NCBI GenBank assembly: GCA_965279305.1
Contig: OZ257143.1
Span: forward strand, 1,800,001 to 1,832,000
DNA: 32,000 nucleotides
DNA from: Gammaproteobacteria bacterium
Lineage (GTDB): Bacteria; Pseudomonadota; Gammaproteobacteria; JBIOEC01
Reading direction: 5' to 3'
Below are positions 1-10,600 of this stretch, piece after piece. How positions within the stretch are numbered: position 1 is the stretch's first letter; the number at the start of each line of letters is the position of its first letter. The notes under the pieces were generated by a model that worked only from the letters and a program-made list of their open reading frames with translations, was not told the origin of the DNA and searched no databases. A program made the position numbers and the translations under genes.

Positions 1-476
1 CATCCCGTTAAGGGATTTAGAACAACTGTTTTTTTATACAGATTTTAACAAATAAGGGGTTTCGCTGATAAGGGTATGAGCGGAACGAGTTTAAATAATA
101 CGATAGTGGTGAGATAAGAACACTATCCGAACAGCACCTAAGTGAATAGGTGATTTAACTGATAACCCATTAATAAATATCCGTGTACGAATCGTAAAAA
201 AACGCAGGGCTGAAAAAATATTTTCTCCTGCCATTATACCAATACATACGATTGAGTATTTACGGAAATGGAAAAATGCTTAAAATGATAACGATCATCG
301 GCAAAAAATCTATTGTATTCCACCGTTGGAATCAATAACTTCTTTCACGTTTTAACACGTGAAAAGCCGCGCATTCGTCAGTGCAAATCTCCCACTCCTC
401 AGTCTACGCTGTTTAGATCCTGTTCGGCTTTATATCAAAGTCATTCTCGCCGCTTCACATAAGCGGAATATATTTT
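1..476 (+). promoter_or_regulatory. Long ORF-free region upstream of rne; probable promoter plus long structured 5' leader
   Basis: There is no ORF of 60 aa or more in 476 nt upstream of the rne ATG. A perfect 8-bp hairpin is at 343-350/357-364 (tttcacgt / acgtgaaa, loop tttaac). A 6-bp hairpin at 450-455/461-466 (ccgctt / aagcgg) overlaps the only purine-rich SD-like stretch before ATG 477. E. coli rne is known to have a long autoregulatory hairpin-containing leader. The extent and function here are inferred. Confidence 0.35.
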
Positions 477-3077
477 ATGAAAAGAATGTTAATTAATGCA
501 CAGCGTGAAGAGCTGCGCGTAGCCATTGTTGATGGTCAAAAACTTATCAACTTAGATATCGAAAGCGCCGGTAAAGAACAAAAAAAATCTAATATTTATT
601 TAGGTGTCGTTACCCGCATTGAGCCTAGCTTAGAAGCAGCGTTTGTAGACTACGGCGCTAAGCGTCATGGTTTCTTATCTGTTAAAGATGTAGCGCCTGA
701 TGTTTACATTCGTCCAATGGATGATTCTCATGGTCGCGTTCATATTCGCGATGTATTGGTCGAAGGACAACAAATATTAGTTCAAGTCGAAAAAGAAGAA
801 CGCAGCTCTAAAGGTGCAGCGCTTACTACTTTTATCAGCTTAGCCGGATGTTACTTAGTATTAGTACCTAACAATCCACGAGCGGCTGGAATATCTAAAC
901 GAGTAGAAGGCGATGAACGAAGTGGCCTTAAAGAAATTTTAGAAGCACTTCCCTTACCTAAAGAAATGGGTTTAATTGCCCGCACCGCGAGCGCAGGCAG
1001 AAGCCAAGCAGAACTTGCCTGGGATTTACAAGCACTAATCGACCGTTGGAAAAATATTCAAGAAGTGGCCAAAGAAAAACGCGGTCCACTTTTAATCCAT
1101 CAAGAAAGCGGCGTGATCATTCGTTCCATTCGCGATCATCTACGCGAAGACATCAGCGAAATATTAATTGATGATCCTGAAGTATTTAACAAGACACGTG
1201 AATATGTACGCAGCTTACGACCTGATTGTGTCAACCGCGTTAAGCTTTATCGCGATAACGTGCCTTTGTTTAACCGTTATCAAATTGAATCCACTATTGA
1301 GTCGGCTTTCCAACGTGAAGTGAAACTTCCTTCTGGTGGTTCTATTGTAATCGATCGTACCGAAGCTTTAGTGAGTATTGATATTAACTCCTCTAAAGCG
1401 ACCAAAGGAGTAGATATTGAAGAAACCGCTTTCAACACCAATTTAGAAGCCGCCGAAGAAATTGCCAGACAATTACGTTTGCGCGAACTCGCCGGTCTTA
1501 TTGTGATCGACTTTATCGATATGTCACAAGCGCATCATCAACGTGAAGTAGAAAATCGTTTACGCGATTCATTGCACGACGATAGAGCGCGCGTTCAAAT
1601 TGGTAGAATTTCTCGTTTCGGTCTGCTTGAAATGTCCAGACAACGTCTTGGGCCTACATTGGCAGAATCTATTGAAGACATTTGCCCTACTTGCAGCGGC
1701 CATGGCACTATTCGCGGCGTTGCGTCTTTATCCTTGGTTATTTTACGAGCAATCGAAGAAGAAGCCATCAAAGACAATACCGCGCAAATTCATGCTCAGC
1801 TTCCTGTAGAAGTAGCTACCTATTTGCTGAATGAAAAACGCAAACAGCTGTCGCAAATGGAAGAAAAGCATGGCGTAGAAATAATTATTATTCCTAACCA
1901 ATATATTCATCGTCCGCATTACGATCTCGCTCGTATTCGTGGCGAAGAAGCCATTAATCAAACAGCGCCTAGCTTTAAATTGGTTCGTCTACCGGGTTCT
2001 GATCAAAATCCTGAAGAAAATATCGTGGAACGTCGCGCTGAACCGGTGTTAAAAGATTTACGTGGTTCAGGCTCGCAACGTCAACCTGGCATTATTCAAC
2101 GTATCATTTCTAACTTGTTTGGAGAGAACAAAGAAGCAGAATCTTCTTCTACTTCAATGTCTGAAACCTCTTCTAGCGAAGCCACTGTACGCACAGCGCC
2201 TATTGACCGTCGCTCTGCTCGAGGCGGCAGCCAAGAGCGTTCCAACGATCGTTCAAGACAAGGAAGAAATAATCAACGACGTCAGCCTAACACTCGTCAA
2301 CGTCGTAATGATAATCCAGATACACGCTCTGATAACAGACAAGATAATGGATCGGCATCATTAAGCGAAGATGCTTTATTGCAACAAAAATATGAGGCGA
2401 ATAGCCAACCTGAAGAACGTTCATCTCGTCATTCTGATAGAGAGCAAAGCTCTCGTCACGAACAACGACAAGAGCGCGCACCTCGTCAGCAACGCCCTGC
2501 TCAAGAAGCAGAAACCGAAAAACAGGAAGAAATTACCACTTATACGTTTAGTAATAATCCTGATAACCTTGATAAAATGAAACAAGCCATTGCTGCGTTA
2601 GAAGTTTCTCAAGCGGCTGCACAGGCTGCTCGCGAAGCGAATGGAGCGAATGAAGTTTCAGGTGATTTCTCTGCTGAGAATGCTCCAAGTGAAAATAATC
2701 AGCCTGTTGATTTATTTGGCGAACCTATTGTTCACCGAGAAGAAACAGAGCACGAAGAAATAATCACTGATGAAACCCATTCTAAACATTCTCAAGATAT
2801 GTTTGAAGAATCTCATTTAGATGCTATAAGCGAACCTTCAGAAGATGAATCTGAACATCCAGCCACGGAAGATAAAACCGATGGCGACGGTGATATCAAC
2901 GGAAATGAAAGCGGCGAAAAACGCACGGCGCAAAATAAAAAACGCAAACAACAGCGTCCTTACCGCGGTCCTGGCAGAAGACGCCAACGCGATCCACAAC
3001 CACGCCGTTCAGCCTCATCAGAGCCTGGTGAAACTCCTTCTTCTGGTGGAAATGAACCTGGAAACGATCAGAACTAA
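477..3077 (+). CDS. rne: Ribonuclease E
   Basis: The N-terminus MKRMLINAQREELRVAIVDGQKL...IYLGVVTRIEPSLEAAFVDYGAKRHGFL is near-identical in pattern to E. coli RNase E (S1 domain). The Zn-link motif CPTCSGHG is present. The C-terminal half is a low-complexity Arg-rich then acidic scaffold typical of degradosome RNase E. A candidate amphipathic membrane-targeting helix GIIQRIISNLFG is at about 2088-2123. Confidence 0.96.
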   Translation: MKRMLINAQREELRVAIVDGQKLINLDIESAGKEQKKSNIYLGVVTRIEPSLEAAFVDYGAKRHGFLSVKDVAPDVYIRPMDDSHGRVHIRDVLVEGQQILVQVEKEERSSKGAALTTFISLAGCYLVLVPNNPRAAGISKRVEGDERSGLKEILEALPLPKEMGLIARTASAGRSQAELAWDLQALIDRWKNIQEVAKEKRGPLLIHQESGVIIRSIRDHLREDISEILIDDPEVFNKTREYVRSLRPDCVNRVKLYRDNVPLFNRYQIESTIESAFQREVKLPSGGSIVIDRTEALVSIDINSSKATKGVDIEETAFNTNLEAAEEIARQLRLRELAGLIVIDFIDMSQAHHQREVENRLRDSLHDDRARVQIGRISRFGLLEMSRQRLGPTLAESIEDICPTCSGHGTIRGVASLSLVILRAIEEEAIKDNTAQIHAQLPVEVATYLLNEKRKQLSQMEEKHGVEIIIIPNQYIHRPHYDLARIRGEEAINQTAPSFKLVRLPGSDQNPEENIVERRAEPVLKDLRGSGSQRQPGIIQRIISNLFGENKEAESSSTSMSETSSSEATVRTAPIDRRSARGGSQERSNDRSRQGRNNQRRQPNTRQRRNDNPDTRSDNRQDNGSASLSEDALLQQKYEANSQPEERSSRHSDREQSSRHEQRQERAPRQQRPAQEAETEKQEEITTYTFSNNPDNLDKMKQAIAALEVSQAAAQAAREANGANEVSGDFSAENAPSENNQPVDLFGEPIVHREETEHEEIITDETHSKHSQDMFEESHLDAISEPSEDESEHPATEDKTDGDGDINGNESGEKRTAQNKKRKQQRPYRGPGRRRQRDPQPRRSASSEPGETPSSGGNEPGNDQN

Positions 3078-3088
3078 GGATCACACGC

Positions 3089-3868
3089 ATGTCTGAACAC
3101 TCCGCATCACATAAGCCAGGTTTTTTAAAAAAAATCTGGCTTATGCTGGCTACAGCGGGTGTCACCATCAATACCGCCGTAAAATCGATTGCTCGCGTAC
3201 GCTTTAATCAAATGACGCGCGCAATGGCCGATCACTATATTCATGAATGGGCACGTCGTATATTACAAGTAGTGAATGTGAAAATTGCGCCAGTAAAATG
3301 GGTAGCACCTATCGTTTATCAACCCGATCGTTGCTATATTATTATGAGCAATCATTCTAGTCATTACGATATTCCTATCATTTTTCAAACCATACCTGGA
3401 AGCATTCGAATGCTGGCCAAAAAAGAATTATTCGATATTCCTTTGTTCGGCCGAATGATGCGTGAAAATGAATTTCCTTCTATCGATCGAAACAATCGAA
3501 AACAAGCAATTCTCGATTTAGAAACCGCTGAAAAAATTATGCGTAGCGGCATTGTATTGTGGGTAGCACCCGAAGGCACTCGATCAGTAGATCCTGCTCA
3601 TTTAGGCCCTTTTAAAAAAGGCGGATTTATTTTGGCTATTAAAACAAAAGCGATTATTATTCCCGTAGGCATACGAGGATCAGAGCATATTTTACCCGCA
3701 CAAACCTTGAATTTTTCAACAGGTGAAAATATAGAAGTTCATGTAGGTGAACCGATTGATGCGGGACAATTTAGCTTAGATCAAAAAGATAAATTGCTAG
3801 CCGAAGTAGAAAACAAAATCAGTGAACTCACAGGCCGCCCGATCGCGCCCCCTACTAGCTCTTCTTAA
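3089..3868 (+). CDS. plsC: 1-acyl-sn-glycerol-3-phosphate acyltransferase family protein
   Basis: It carries the acyltransferase motif I NHSSHYD (NHx4D), motif III PEGTRS and an N-terminal hydrophobic segment. An AAGGA SD lies 8 nt upstream of the ATG, directly after the rne stop. Confidence 0.85.
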   Translation: MSEHSASHKPGFLKKIWLMLATAGVTINTAVKSIARVRFNQMTRAMADHYIHEWARRILQVVNVKIAPVKWVAPIVYQPDRCYIIMSNHSSHYDIPIIFQTIPGSIRMLAKKELFDIPLFGRMMRENEFPSIDRNNRKQAILDLETAEKIMRSGIVLWVAPEGTRSVDPAHLGPFKKGGFILAIKTKAIIIPVGIRGSEHILPAQTLNFSTGENIEVHVGEPIDAGQFSLDQKDKLLAEVENKISELTGRPIAPPTSSS

Positions 3869-5861
3869 TCAACTCTTGTTGTAATTGATGAATTTTATCT
3901 CGCAGCGAAGCAGCCTCTTCAAACTCCAAATTACGCGCATGAGCAAACATTTTTTGTTCATAAACACTAATACGTTTTAGCAACTCATCTGCCGTTCCTA
4001 ATAAATATTCTGGTGGATTTTCAGCCACGCGATTTCGTTTACCTTTAGCAGGTTTATTAGCATAAGCCCCTTCCATAATATCAGCGATCGCTTTTTTAAT
4101 CGTTGTTGGAGTGATCCCATGCGCTTTATTATATTCTTCTTGTTTTTGTCTACGTCTATCGGTTTCTTCCATCGCACGCTGCATAGAACCCGTTATTCTA
4201 TCGGCATATAAAATCGCTTTACCGTGAACATTACGTGCAGCACGACCAATGGTTTGAATTAATGAACGATCAGAACGTAAAAAACCTTCTTTATCCGCAT
4301 CAAAAATGGCTACCAGCGATACTTCTGGCATATCCAAACCTTCGCGTAATAAATTAATTCCTACCAACACATCAAATTCACCTAAACGCAAACCACGAAT
4401 AATTTCTACACGCTCTACTGTTTCAATATCCGAATGTAAATAACGCACGCGCACGCCATTTTCATGTAAATATTCACTTAAATCTTCAGACATGCGCTTA
4501 GTTAAGGTAGTAATTAATACTCTCTCATCCGCTGCTGCACGTTTTTTAATTTCAGATAACACATCATCTACTTGAGAACTAGCAGGACGTATTTCAATAA
4601 TAGGATCAATTAAACCGGTAGGACGAACCACTTGCTCCACAACTGCACTAGAATGTTCCATTTCATAGGTGCCTGGTGTTGCAGATACATAAATAGTTTG
4701 CGGCGAACGTTTTACAAATTCTTCAAAACGTAAAGGACGATTATCCAATGCAGAAGGCAAACGAAATCCGTATTCTACTAGAGTTTCTTTACGTGAACGA
4801 TCCCCTTTATACATTCCACCTAATTGCGGAATTGTCACATGTGATTCATCTACCACTAATAACGATCCGGCTGGTAAATAATCAAATAAAGTGGGTGGGG
4901 CTTCACCCGGCTCTCGACCTGATAAATATCGTGAATAATTTTCAATACCTGAGCAATAACCTAACTCCAACATCATTTCAATATCATATTGCCCGCGTTG
5001 TTGTAAGCGTTGCGCCTCTACTAATTTATTTAAAGAATATAATTGCTCTAAGCGTTCTCTTAAATCTATTTTGATCTGATCAATCGCTTCTAAAATTTTG
5101 GAGCGCGGCGTTACATAATGACTTTTAGGATAAATCGTTAATCGAGGTACTTTTCTTAATATTTCGCCCGTTAGTGGATCAAAAAAAGATAATTGCTCAA
5201 TCACATCATCAAACAATTCAATACGCACCGCTTCTGCTTCCGATTCTGCGGGAAAAATATCAATCACATCGCCGTGCACGCGATAACTGGCTCTTTCTAA
5301 ATCGGTATTTTGGCGTATATATTGGAGCTCTGCTAATCGTCGTAACAAACTACGGTGATCAATTTTATCACCGCGATCTAAATGCAATACCATACTTAAA
5401 TATTGTTTAGGATCACCTAAACCATAAATAGCCGAAACAGTGGCTACAATCACCACATCTTTACGCTCTAATAAAGCTTTTGTCGCTGATAAACGCATTT
5501 GTTCAATATGTGCATTAATAGCCGCATCTTTTTCGATAAACGTATCAGAAGAAGGCACATACGCTTCTGGCTGATAATAATCGTAATAAGACACAAAATA
5601 TTCCACTGCATTTTCCGGGAAAAATGACTTCATTTCGCCATAAAGTTGAGCCGCCAAGGTTTTATTAGGCGCTAAAATAAGGGTGGGTCTGTTAATCTGC
5701 TGCATCACGTGAGCGATAGTAAAGGTTTTTCCTGAGCCAGTAACACCTAATAAAGTTTGGTGAGCAAGCCCTGCCCCTATTCCTTCCACCAAGCCCGCAA
5801 TGGCCGCGGGCTGATCACCGGCAGGCTTAAAATCGGATGCGAGCTTAAATGTGTTGGTCAT
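3855..5861 (-). CDS. uvrB: Excinuclease ABC subunit B
   Basis: The 668-aa product is full-length UvrB-like, with Walker [11 protein letters not shown], helicase motifs and the C-terminal UVR domain ([14 protein letters not shown]). Its 3' end overlaps the plsC 3' end by 14 nt. Confidence 0.97.
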   Translation of the reverse strand: MTNTFKLASDFKPAGDQPAAIAGLVEGIGAGLAHQTLLGVTGSGKTFTIAHVMQQINRPTLILAPNKTLAAQLYGEMKSFFPENAVEYFVSYYDYYQPEAYVPSSDTFIEKDAAINAHIEQMRLSATKALLERKDVVIVATVSAIYGLGDPKQYLSMVLHLDRGDKIDHRSLLRRLAELQYIRQNTDLERASYRVHGDVIDIFPAESEAEAVRIELFDDVIEQLSFFDPLTGEILRKVPRLTIYPKSHYVTPRSKILEAIDQIKIDLRERLEQLYSLNKLVEAQRLQQRGQYDIEMMLELGYCSGIENYSRYLSGREPGEAPPTLFDYLPAGSLLVVDESHVTIPQLGGMYKGDRSRKETLVEYGFRLPSALDNRPLRFEEFVKRSPQTIYVSATPGTYEMEHSSAVVEQVVRPTGLIDPIIEIRPASSQVDDVLSEIKKRAAADERVLITTLTKRMSEDLSEYLHENGVRVRYLHSDIETVERVEIIRGLRLGEFDVLVGINLLREGLDMPEVSLVAIFDADKEGFLRSDRSLIQTIGRAARNVHGKAILYADRITGSMQRAMEETDRRRQKQEEYNKAHGITPTTIKKAIADIMEGAYANKPAKGKRNRVAENPPEYLLGTADELLKRISVYEQKMFAHARNLEFEEAASLRDKIHQLQQELIKKS

Positions 5862-5928
5862 GTCTTTCCATCGTGTTAAAAAATGCGTATCATTATAACA
5901 TTAATTGCGATTTAATGAGGATTTCCAC

Positions 5929-7113
5929 GTGAGTATCAAATTATCCCAACGTAGTGGCCGTATTAAACCTTCTCCTACCTTAGCAGTTAGCGCTAAAGCT
6001 TCTGCTTTAAAAGCCCAAGGAAAAGACGTTATCGACTTAGGCGTAGGCGAGCCCGATTTTGATACGCCAGAGCATATCAAAGAAGCCGGTATTGCCGCTA
6101 TTAAAGCTGGTTTTACCAAATATACCGCGGTAGACGGAATTCCTGAACTAAAACAAGCGATTATCGACAAATTCCGTAAAGAAAATAACTTAAACTACGA
6201 AAAAAACCAAATTTTAGTTTCCGTAGGCGGCAAACAAAGCTTCTACAACCTAGCTCAAGCCTTATTGAACGAAGGTGATGAAGTGATTATTCCTGCGCCT
6301 TATTGGGTGTCTTTCCCCGATATGGTCTTGTTAGCTGATGGAAAACCCGTCATCGTTAAAACTACTATAGACCAATCTTTCAAAATTACGCCCGCACAGC
6401 TAGAAGCGGCTATTACCCCCAAAACTCGTTTATTGGTAATTAACAGCCCCTCTAACCCTTCTGGTATGGATTATACCCCTGAAGAACTAAAAGGCCTGGC
6501 TGAAGTGCTTTTAAAGCACCCTCATGTATTGATTGCTACCGATGATATGTATGAACACATTCGTTGGGGCGGCACTCCTTTCGTAAATATCGTGAACGTA
6601 TGCCCAGAGCTATACGACAGAACCATCGTGCTGAACGGAGTTTCTAAAGCCTATTCTATGACAGGCTGGAGAATTGGTTATGCAGGCGGCCCTGCAGAGC
6701 TGATTGCAGCCATGAAAAATATTCAATCTCAAAGTACCTCTAACCCACCTTCAATGTCTCAGAAAGCCGCTGCGGCTGCATTAACAGGTGATCAAAGCTG
6801 TATTCAAACCATGGTAAAAGCGTTTAAAGAACGCCATGATTTTGTGGTAAAAGGATTAAATGCTATTAATGGTATACGTTGTATTCCTGCTGATGGTGCG
6901 TTTTATGCTTTCTTTGATGTGCAAGCGATTATCGATCGTTTACCTGACGTAAACAACGATTTAGAACTCGCTGAATACTTGTTAAACAAAGCTGAAATTG
7001 CGCTAGTTCCAGGTAGTGCGTTTGGATGCCCTGGTTATTTACGTCTTTCTTTTGCCACCAGCATGGAAAACTTAAAGAAAGCCTTAGAGCGTCTTAAAAA
7101 AGCCGTTGAATAA
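5929..7113 (+). CDS. Pyridoxal-phosphate-dependent aminotransferase (aspartate aminotransferase class Ib-like)
   Basis: Diagnostic motifs are GEPDFDTP, the PLP-lysine context SKAYSMTGWRIGY, and NPSG. The ORF track starts at TTG 5905. I prefer GTG 5929 because a GAGGA SD sits at 5917-5921 with 7-nt spacing and the N-terminus VSIKLSQR matches the family. Confidence 0.9.
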   Translation: MSIKLSQRSGRIKPSPTLAVSAKASALKAQGKDVIDLGVGEPDFDTPEHIKEAGIAAIKAGFTKYTAVDGIPELKQAIIDKFRKENNLNYEKNQILVSVGGKQSFYNLAQALLNEGDEVIIPAPYWVSFPDMVLLADGKPVIVKTTIDQSFKITPAQLEAAITPKTRLLVINSPSNPSGMDYTPEELKGLAEVLLKHPHVLIATDDMYEHIRWGGTPFVNIVNVCPELYDRTIVLNGVSKAYSMTGWRIGYAGGPAELIAAMKNIQSQSTSNPPSMSQKAAAAALTGDQSCIQTMVKAFKERHDFVVKGLNAINGIRCIPADGAFYAFFDVQAIIDRLPDVNNDLELAEYLLNKAEIALVPGSAFGCPGYLRLSFATSMENLKKALERLKKAVE

Positions 7114-7146
7114 AATACCGCTTCCTTTAGAGAGCAACGGATCTCA

Positions 7147-7359
7147 TCAAACTTTCTTGAGGAAGCAGGTTTTTAATACTAAGTTTTTCACATCTTTAGT
7201 TCGACATTCTACTTCTTCACTATTCGACGTTAAATGAATACCTTTAATTAAAGTTCCTCTTTTTAAAGTAGTAGAAGTTCCTTTTACTTTTAAATCTTTA
7301 ATTAGCTGCACAGAATCACCTTCATTTAAAATCGCGCCATTACTATCTCGTGTATCCAT
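7147..7359 (-). CDS. PhnA/YjdM C-terminal-domain protein (stand-alone, lacks N-terminal zinc ribbon)
   Basis: The 70-aa product [39 protein letters not shown]...LKTCFLKK aligns by eye with the C-terminal half of E. coli YjdM ([39 protein letters not shown]...LKSEFVKK). A strong AGGAG SD lies 7 nt upstream of the ATG. Confidence 0.8.
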   Translation of the reverse strand: [70 protein letters not shown]

Positions 7360-7383
7360 TTTTTTCTCCTAGAATATCTTTGC

Positions 7384-7411
7384 ATTATAACGCTTAAATA
7401 TCTTCACACAA
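7384..7411 (-). promoter_or_regulatory. Candidate sigma70 promoter for the PhnA-domain gene
   Basis: On the minus strand this reads TTGTGT (7411-7406), N16, TATAAT (7389-7384), about 25 nt upstream of the start codon. Confidence 0.45.
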
Positions 7412-7699
7412 GATTAGTTATCATTCTTAATTAAATTAACAGCAAATTACCTTGTTTTTTCAAAGTAAATGCTGGCTATAAGCTCTATATGTTGTGAATT
7501 ATTTATACTCATATCGCTATTTTTCTTTACTATCTATCTTTCTTGCTTTTAATATATTAAAATAACATGTGCTTAAGATAGTATGAAATGTTTCTAACAC
7601 ATTTTTCAGAGCATGTCGGTTTATCCGTCTTATTTAATATAAGGTAGTTGCAAACACAATTTAAAGAATGACTTTAGATTTATACGGGAGCTTGTAACT

Positions 7700-10600
7700 A
7701 TGTCGCGCGATCATAAAGATCTAGAAAATCAAAATTCGATTACTAATAAAAGTTTTAATGCGCTTCAATTTATTGCTTTACTTATTATAGGTGGTTTACT
7801 TACTGGCGTATCAATATCTTTCTTAACCACTGCTATTAATTCATTTGCACCTCGCCGTCCCAATGAAAATAATTCGGGTGATGACAATCCACTCAACCCA
7901 TTTCCCACTTTTGATAACGATGCAGAAGCTTTTGCTAATGAATTATCAAGAGCAGCCAGAAGCGCAACTGCGTGTGTTGATTACAGCAATGTCACCGCAT
8001 CCACTATATTAGCGACAGCAACCACCACTCAAATGGCCTGCCAAAATTCTGTTTTGAATCCACTCAATGGCCAAGTGTTTATGGTGTATTGCGATACACC
8101 TACTTCCGTGAAAGGAATAATGCTGAATGCTGATGGCAGTGTTTACAAACCTTCTTTTAATTTAACAGCAAACCCCACTGATGCTGAATATTTTCCTAAC
8201 GTAGAGTATGTAAATGATGTGGGAAATTATCGTGTATCAGGTGGCAGATATAATGCTACTCAAGCAGGCGTAGGCTTGTGGTACCGATATTTTGATGTTA
8301 ATGGAACAGCATTAGGAACTGAAACACCTTTATTCAAATTCGCGGGCGCGAATGTGTGCGCTTGGACGGTAGACAGTAACTCGCCTTATACCAACAATAG
8401 TGTGATCACTCAATTATGGGGAATAGCACAGCTATGTAACACAGGCAGTTATGCTCAATTATTTGTTTATCCTAGAGTGTGTGAAATTAGTGTAGCCGTT
8501 TGCTCAACAGCTGCCTACCAAATAACAACGCCTGGCGGATATTACGGTGAGCCTTCACTAAAGCTAACATCTGCTAACAATTCCACATTAATTTATGGAA
8601 CTCATTCAGCATATCCTACCGCAGGAAATGCCCAACAAGTGTACCAAGAAACATTTTCAATGGGCTCGCCTACGGGTTCGCTTCAAGTATTTGGTTCATC
8701 AGTGCATTACAATCCGATGACACTTACATTGCCGAATGGAAATAATTTTTCAGCAGCTCAAGCAAAACAAGGTGATGGCACATGGAGAATTGTTTTCTCC
8801 ACTAATAATGGACTATCCGTTCAAACATCGGAAACCATGCTTTTCAATAGTGGATACTCACAAACATTATCTTCTCTAGCATTAGAGTATGATATGAATA
8901 ACACTCCTTGGGTTGTTGTTACTATTGTTGAAAATAATCAAGTTAAAGTTGCATTTGTAAATGCAAACACAATGGCCGTTCGGTCTACACCTTATGCAGT
9001 TCCTACTTCATCCAATTTTGGTGCGGGATGGTCACAATCATCTGGCGCTGTTGTGCCCACGTCAACTAAAGATAAATTTTTTGTGCGCAGCACAGAAACG
9101 AATGGAAGCAATAATAAAGAAGTGCTTAACATCATTAATATGAATGATGCTTTAGTGGTAGCACCCACCAATTCTACTTTTACTCAGGCGGGTGGCGCCG
9201 TCAATTTGCCTATTGTTTTACAACGCGCAATCTATGCACCTGATGTATCTTATAGAGTAAGCCTTATCGTAACTCCCAATACTCTAGGCTACTCAGCTGG
9301 AACTTTGTTCAAGGTAAACTCGCCAGCTAATACGACAGTTATCACCACTTCTAATGGACTAAACTTTACCTCAGTAGGGGTAATAGCACTTAACAGCGCA
9401 TGCTTTCAATATCTCCCACCTACGAGCTTCACACAAGGAAGTGGTAGTAATTTAACTCGTGCAATAACCGATGTAACAGTAAGCTATACCATTACATCCA
9501 ACGGGAATGCTAATGGCGGATTGGTTAACATATTAACAGGCAACATTGGCTTAACTGCGCAAGAAGGCGCACATGCACCAACACTGTGGACAAATACTGC
9601 TGGTTTATCAGTTAAACAAAACATTGCGAAAACACTGACATTAAATGATATTAATGCATTAGGCGATGCGTTTAGCGATGACACAACTACCATTTTTAAT
9701 ATTTCTAATACCACACCATCTTCAGTAACACTATTATTAAATGGTGCTGCGGTTACACAATTTTCTCGTGCCGATCTAGTAGCAGGTAATGTTGCTGTTT
9801 TAGTGACTCAATGCACTACCACCTTCCCTACTATTAATTTTACGGTTACCGCTGATGGTTATACCGTTTCAGGATCGTTACCGGTTACTACTTTATATGG
9901 TGCCCCTAATGTTGCAGCGGCGAGCTTGCTCATTTCAAGTAGCGCTTCTGGTGTGATGAGTGCGAATTTACCTTACCAATTAGTAGTAAATTATTGCGGA
10001 AATTCTAGCGCTACTTTTACTGGCTCTGTGAAATCTTCAGGCATTACGTATTACACATTACCTTATTCAAATGCACCTGTTAATCTTTATGTGACACAGT
10101 CCGATCCTGTCACTGGCATTTTATCTTTTACAGCCGCACAGCTAAGCGGAAGTCAATTGGCTCTTATGCCATCAGGCTTACAAGCCAATGCTACCTATTA
10201 TGCATATGCACCTATGTCATACACTTATACCTTAACAACACCTGAAGGCGTAACAAGCGTTACCTCTGGTAGTGTTGTGGATGGCAGAACAGCAACGCCA
10301 CCTACACCAACACTCAGTACCAATAAAGTCACACTCACACAAGCAGAAACGGTGGTGGGAAGCACTATTTTAGCCGCTACGTTTAGCAGCGGTGGATTAG
10401 ATCCTAATTTTATTAGTTTTGATATTTCTAATTTAAATGATTGTTACTTTACTTTAGATGGAGTGCAAGTTACTACCGTTACACAAACGCAAGTAAATAC
10501 ATTCTCTAGAGTAAAACTCGAAGTGACAGGCCCTAATCCTTCTTATTGGGTATCAGCGCGTTATATTAATTCAGCTACAGCTCCAGCTGCAGCATCAGTC

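Noticed and set aside
1595-3171. Multiple 60-100-aa alternative-frame ORFs within rne on both strands
   Set aside because: All are nested in the conserved RNase E frame or its low-complexity C-terminal half. None has recognisable features.
4748-5410. Plus-strand ORFs of 108 and 78 aa inside uvrB
   Set aside because: They are shadow ORFs opposite a full-length, highly conserved uvrB. They show no motifs or ribosome-binding sites.
5905-5928. TTG-initiated 5' extensions in the ORF track: aminotransferase at 5905, mpl at 29966, RasGEF protein at 25464
   Set aside because: Downstream GTG/ATG starts (5929, 29939, 25398) have better SD spacing or match family N-termini. The mpl extension would also overlap the purL stop region. 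The RasGEF start remains genuinely ambiguous.
7114-7170. A possible intrinsic terminator between the aminotransferase and the PhnA-domain gene (gcttcct ... aggaagc followed by ttttt)
   Set aside because: The arms are separated by a loop of about 30 nt, and the 3' arm lies inside the PhnA-domain coding sequence. This is too weak to call without energy calculation.
7360-7699. PmrA-like or other regulator boxes in the AT-rich 340-bp region upstream of the giant gene (several TTAA clusters such as ttaattaaattaa and ttaatatattaaaat)
   Set aside because: The TTAA spacings are 4, 5, 8 and 16 bp rather than the 11-bp register expected. AT-rich DNA yields such strings by chance. I could not identify a convincing -35/-10 pair.
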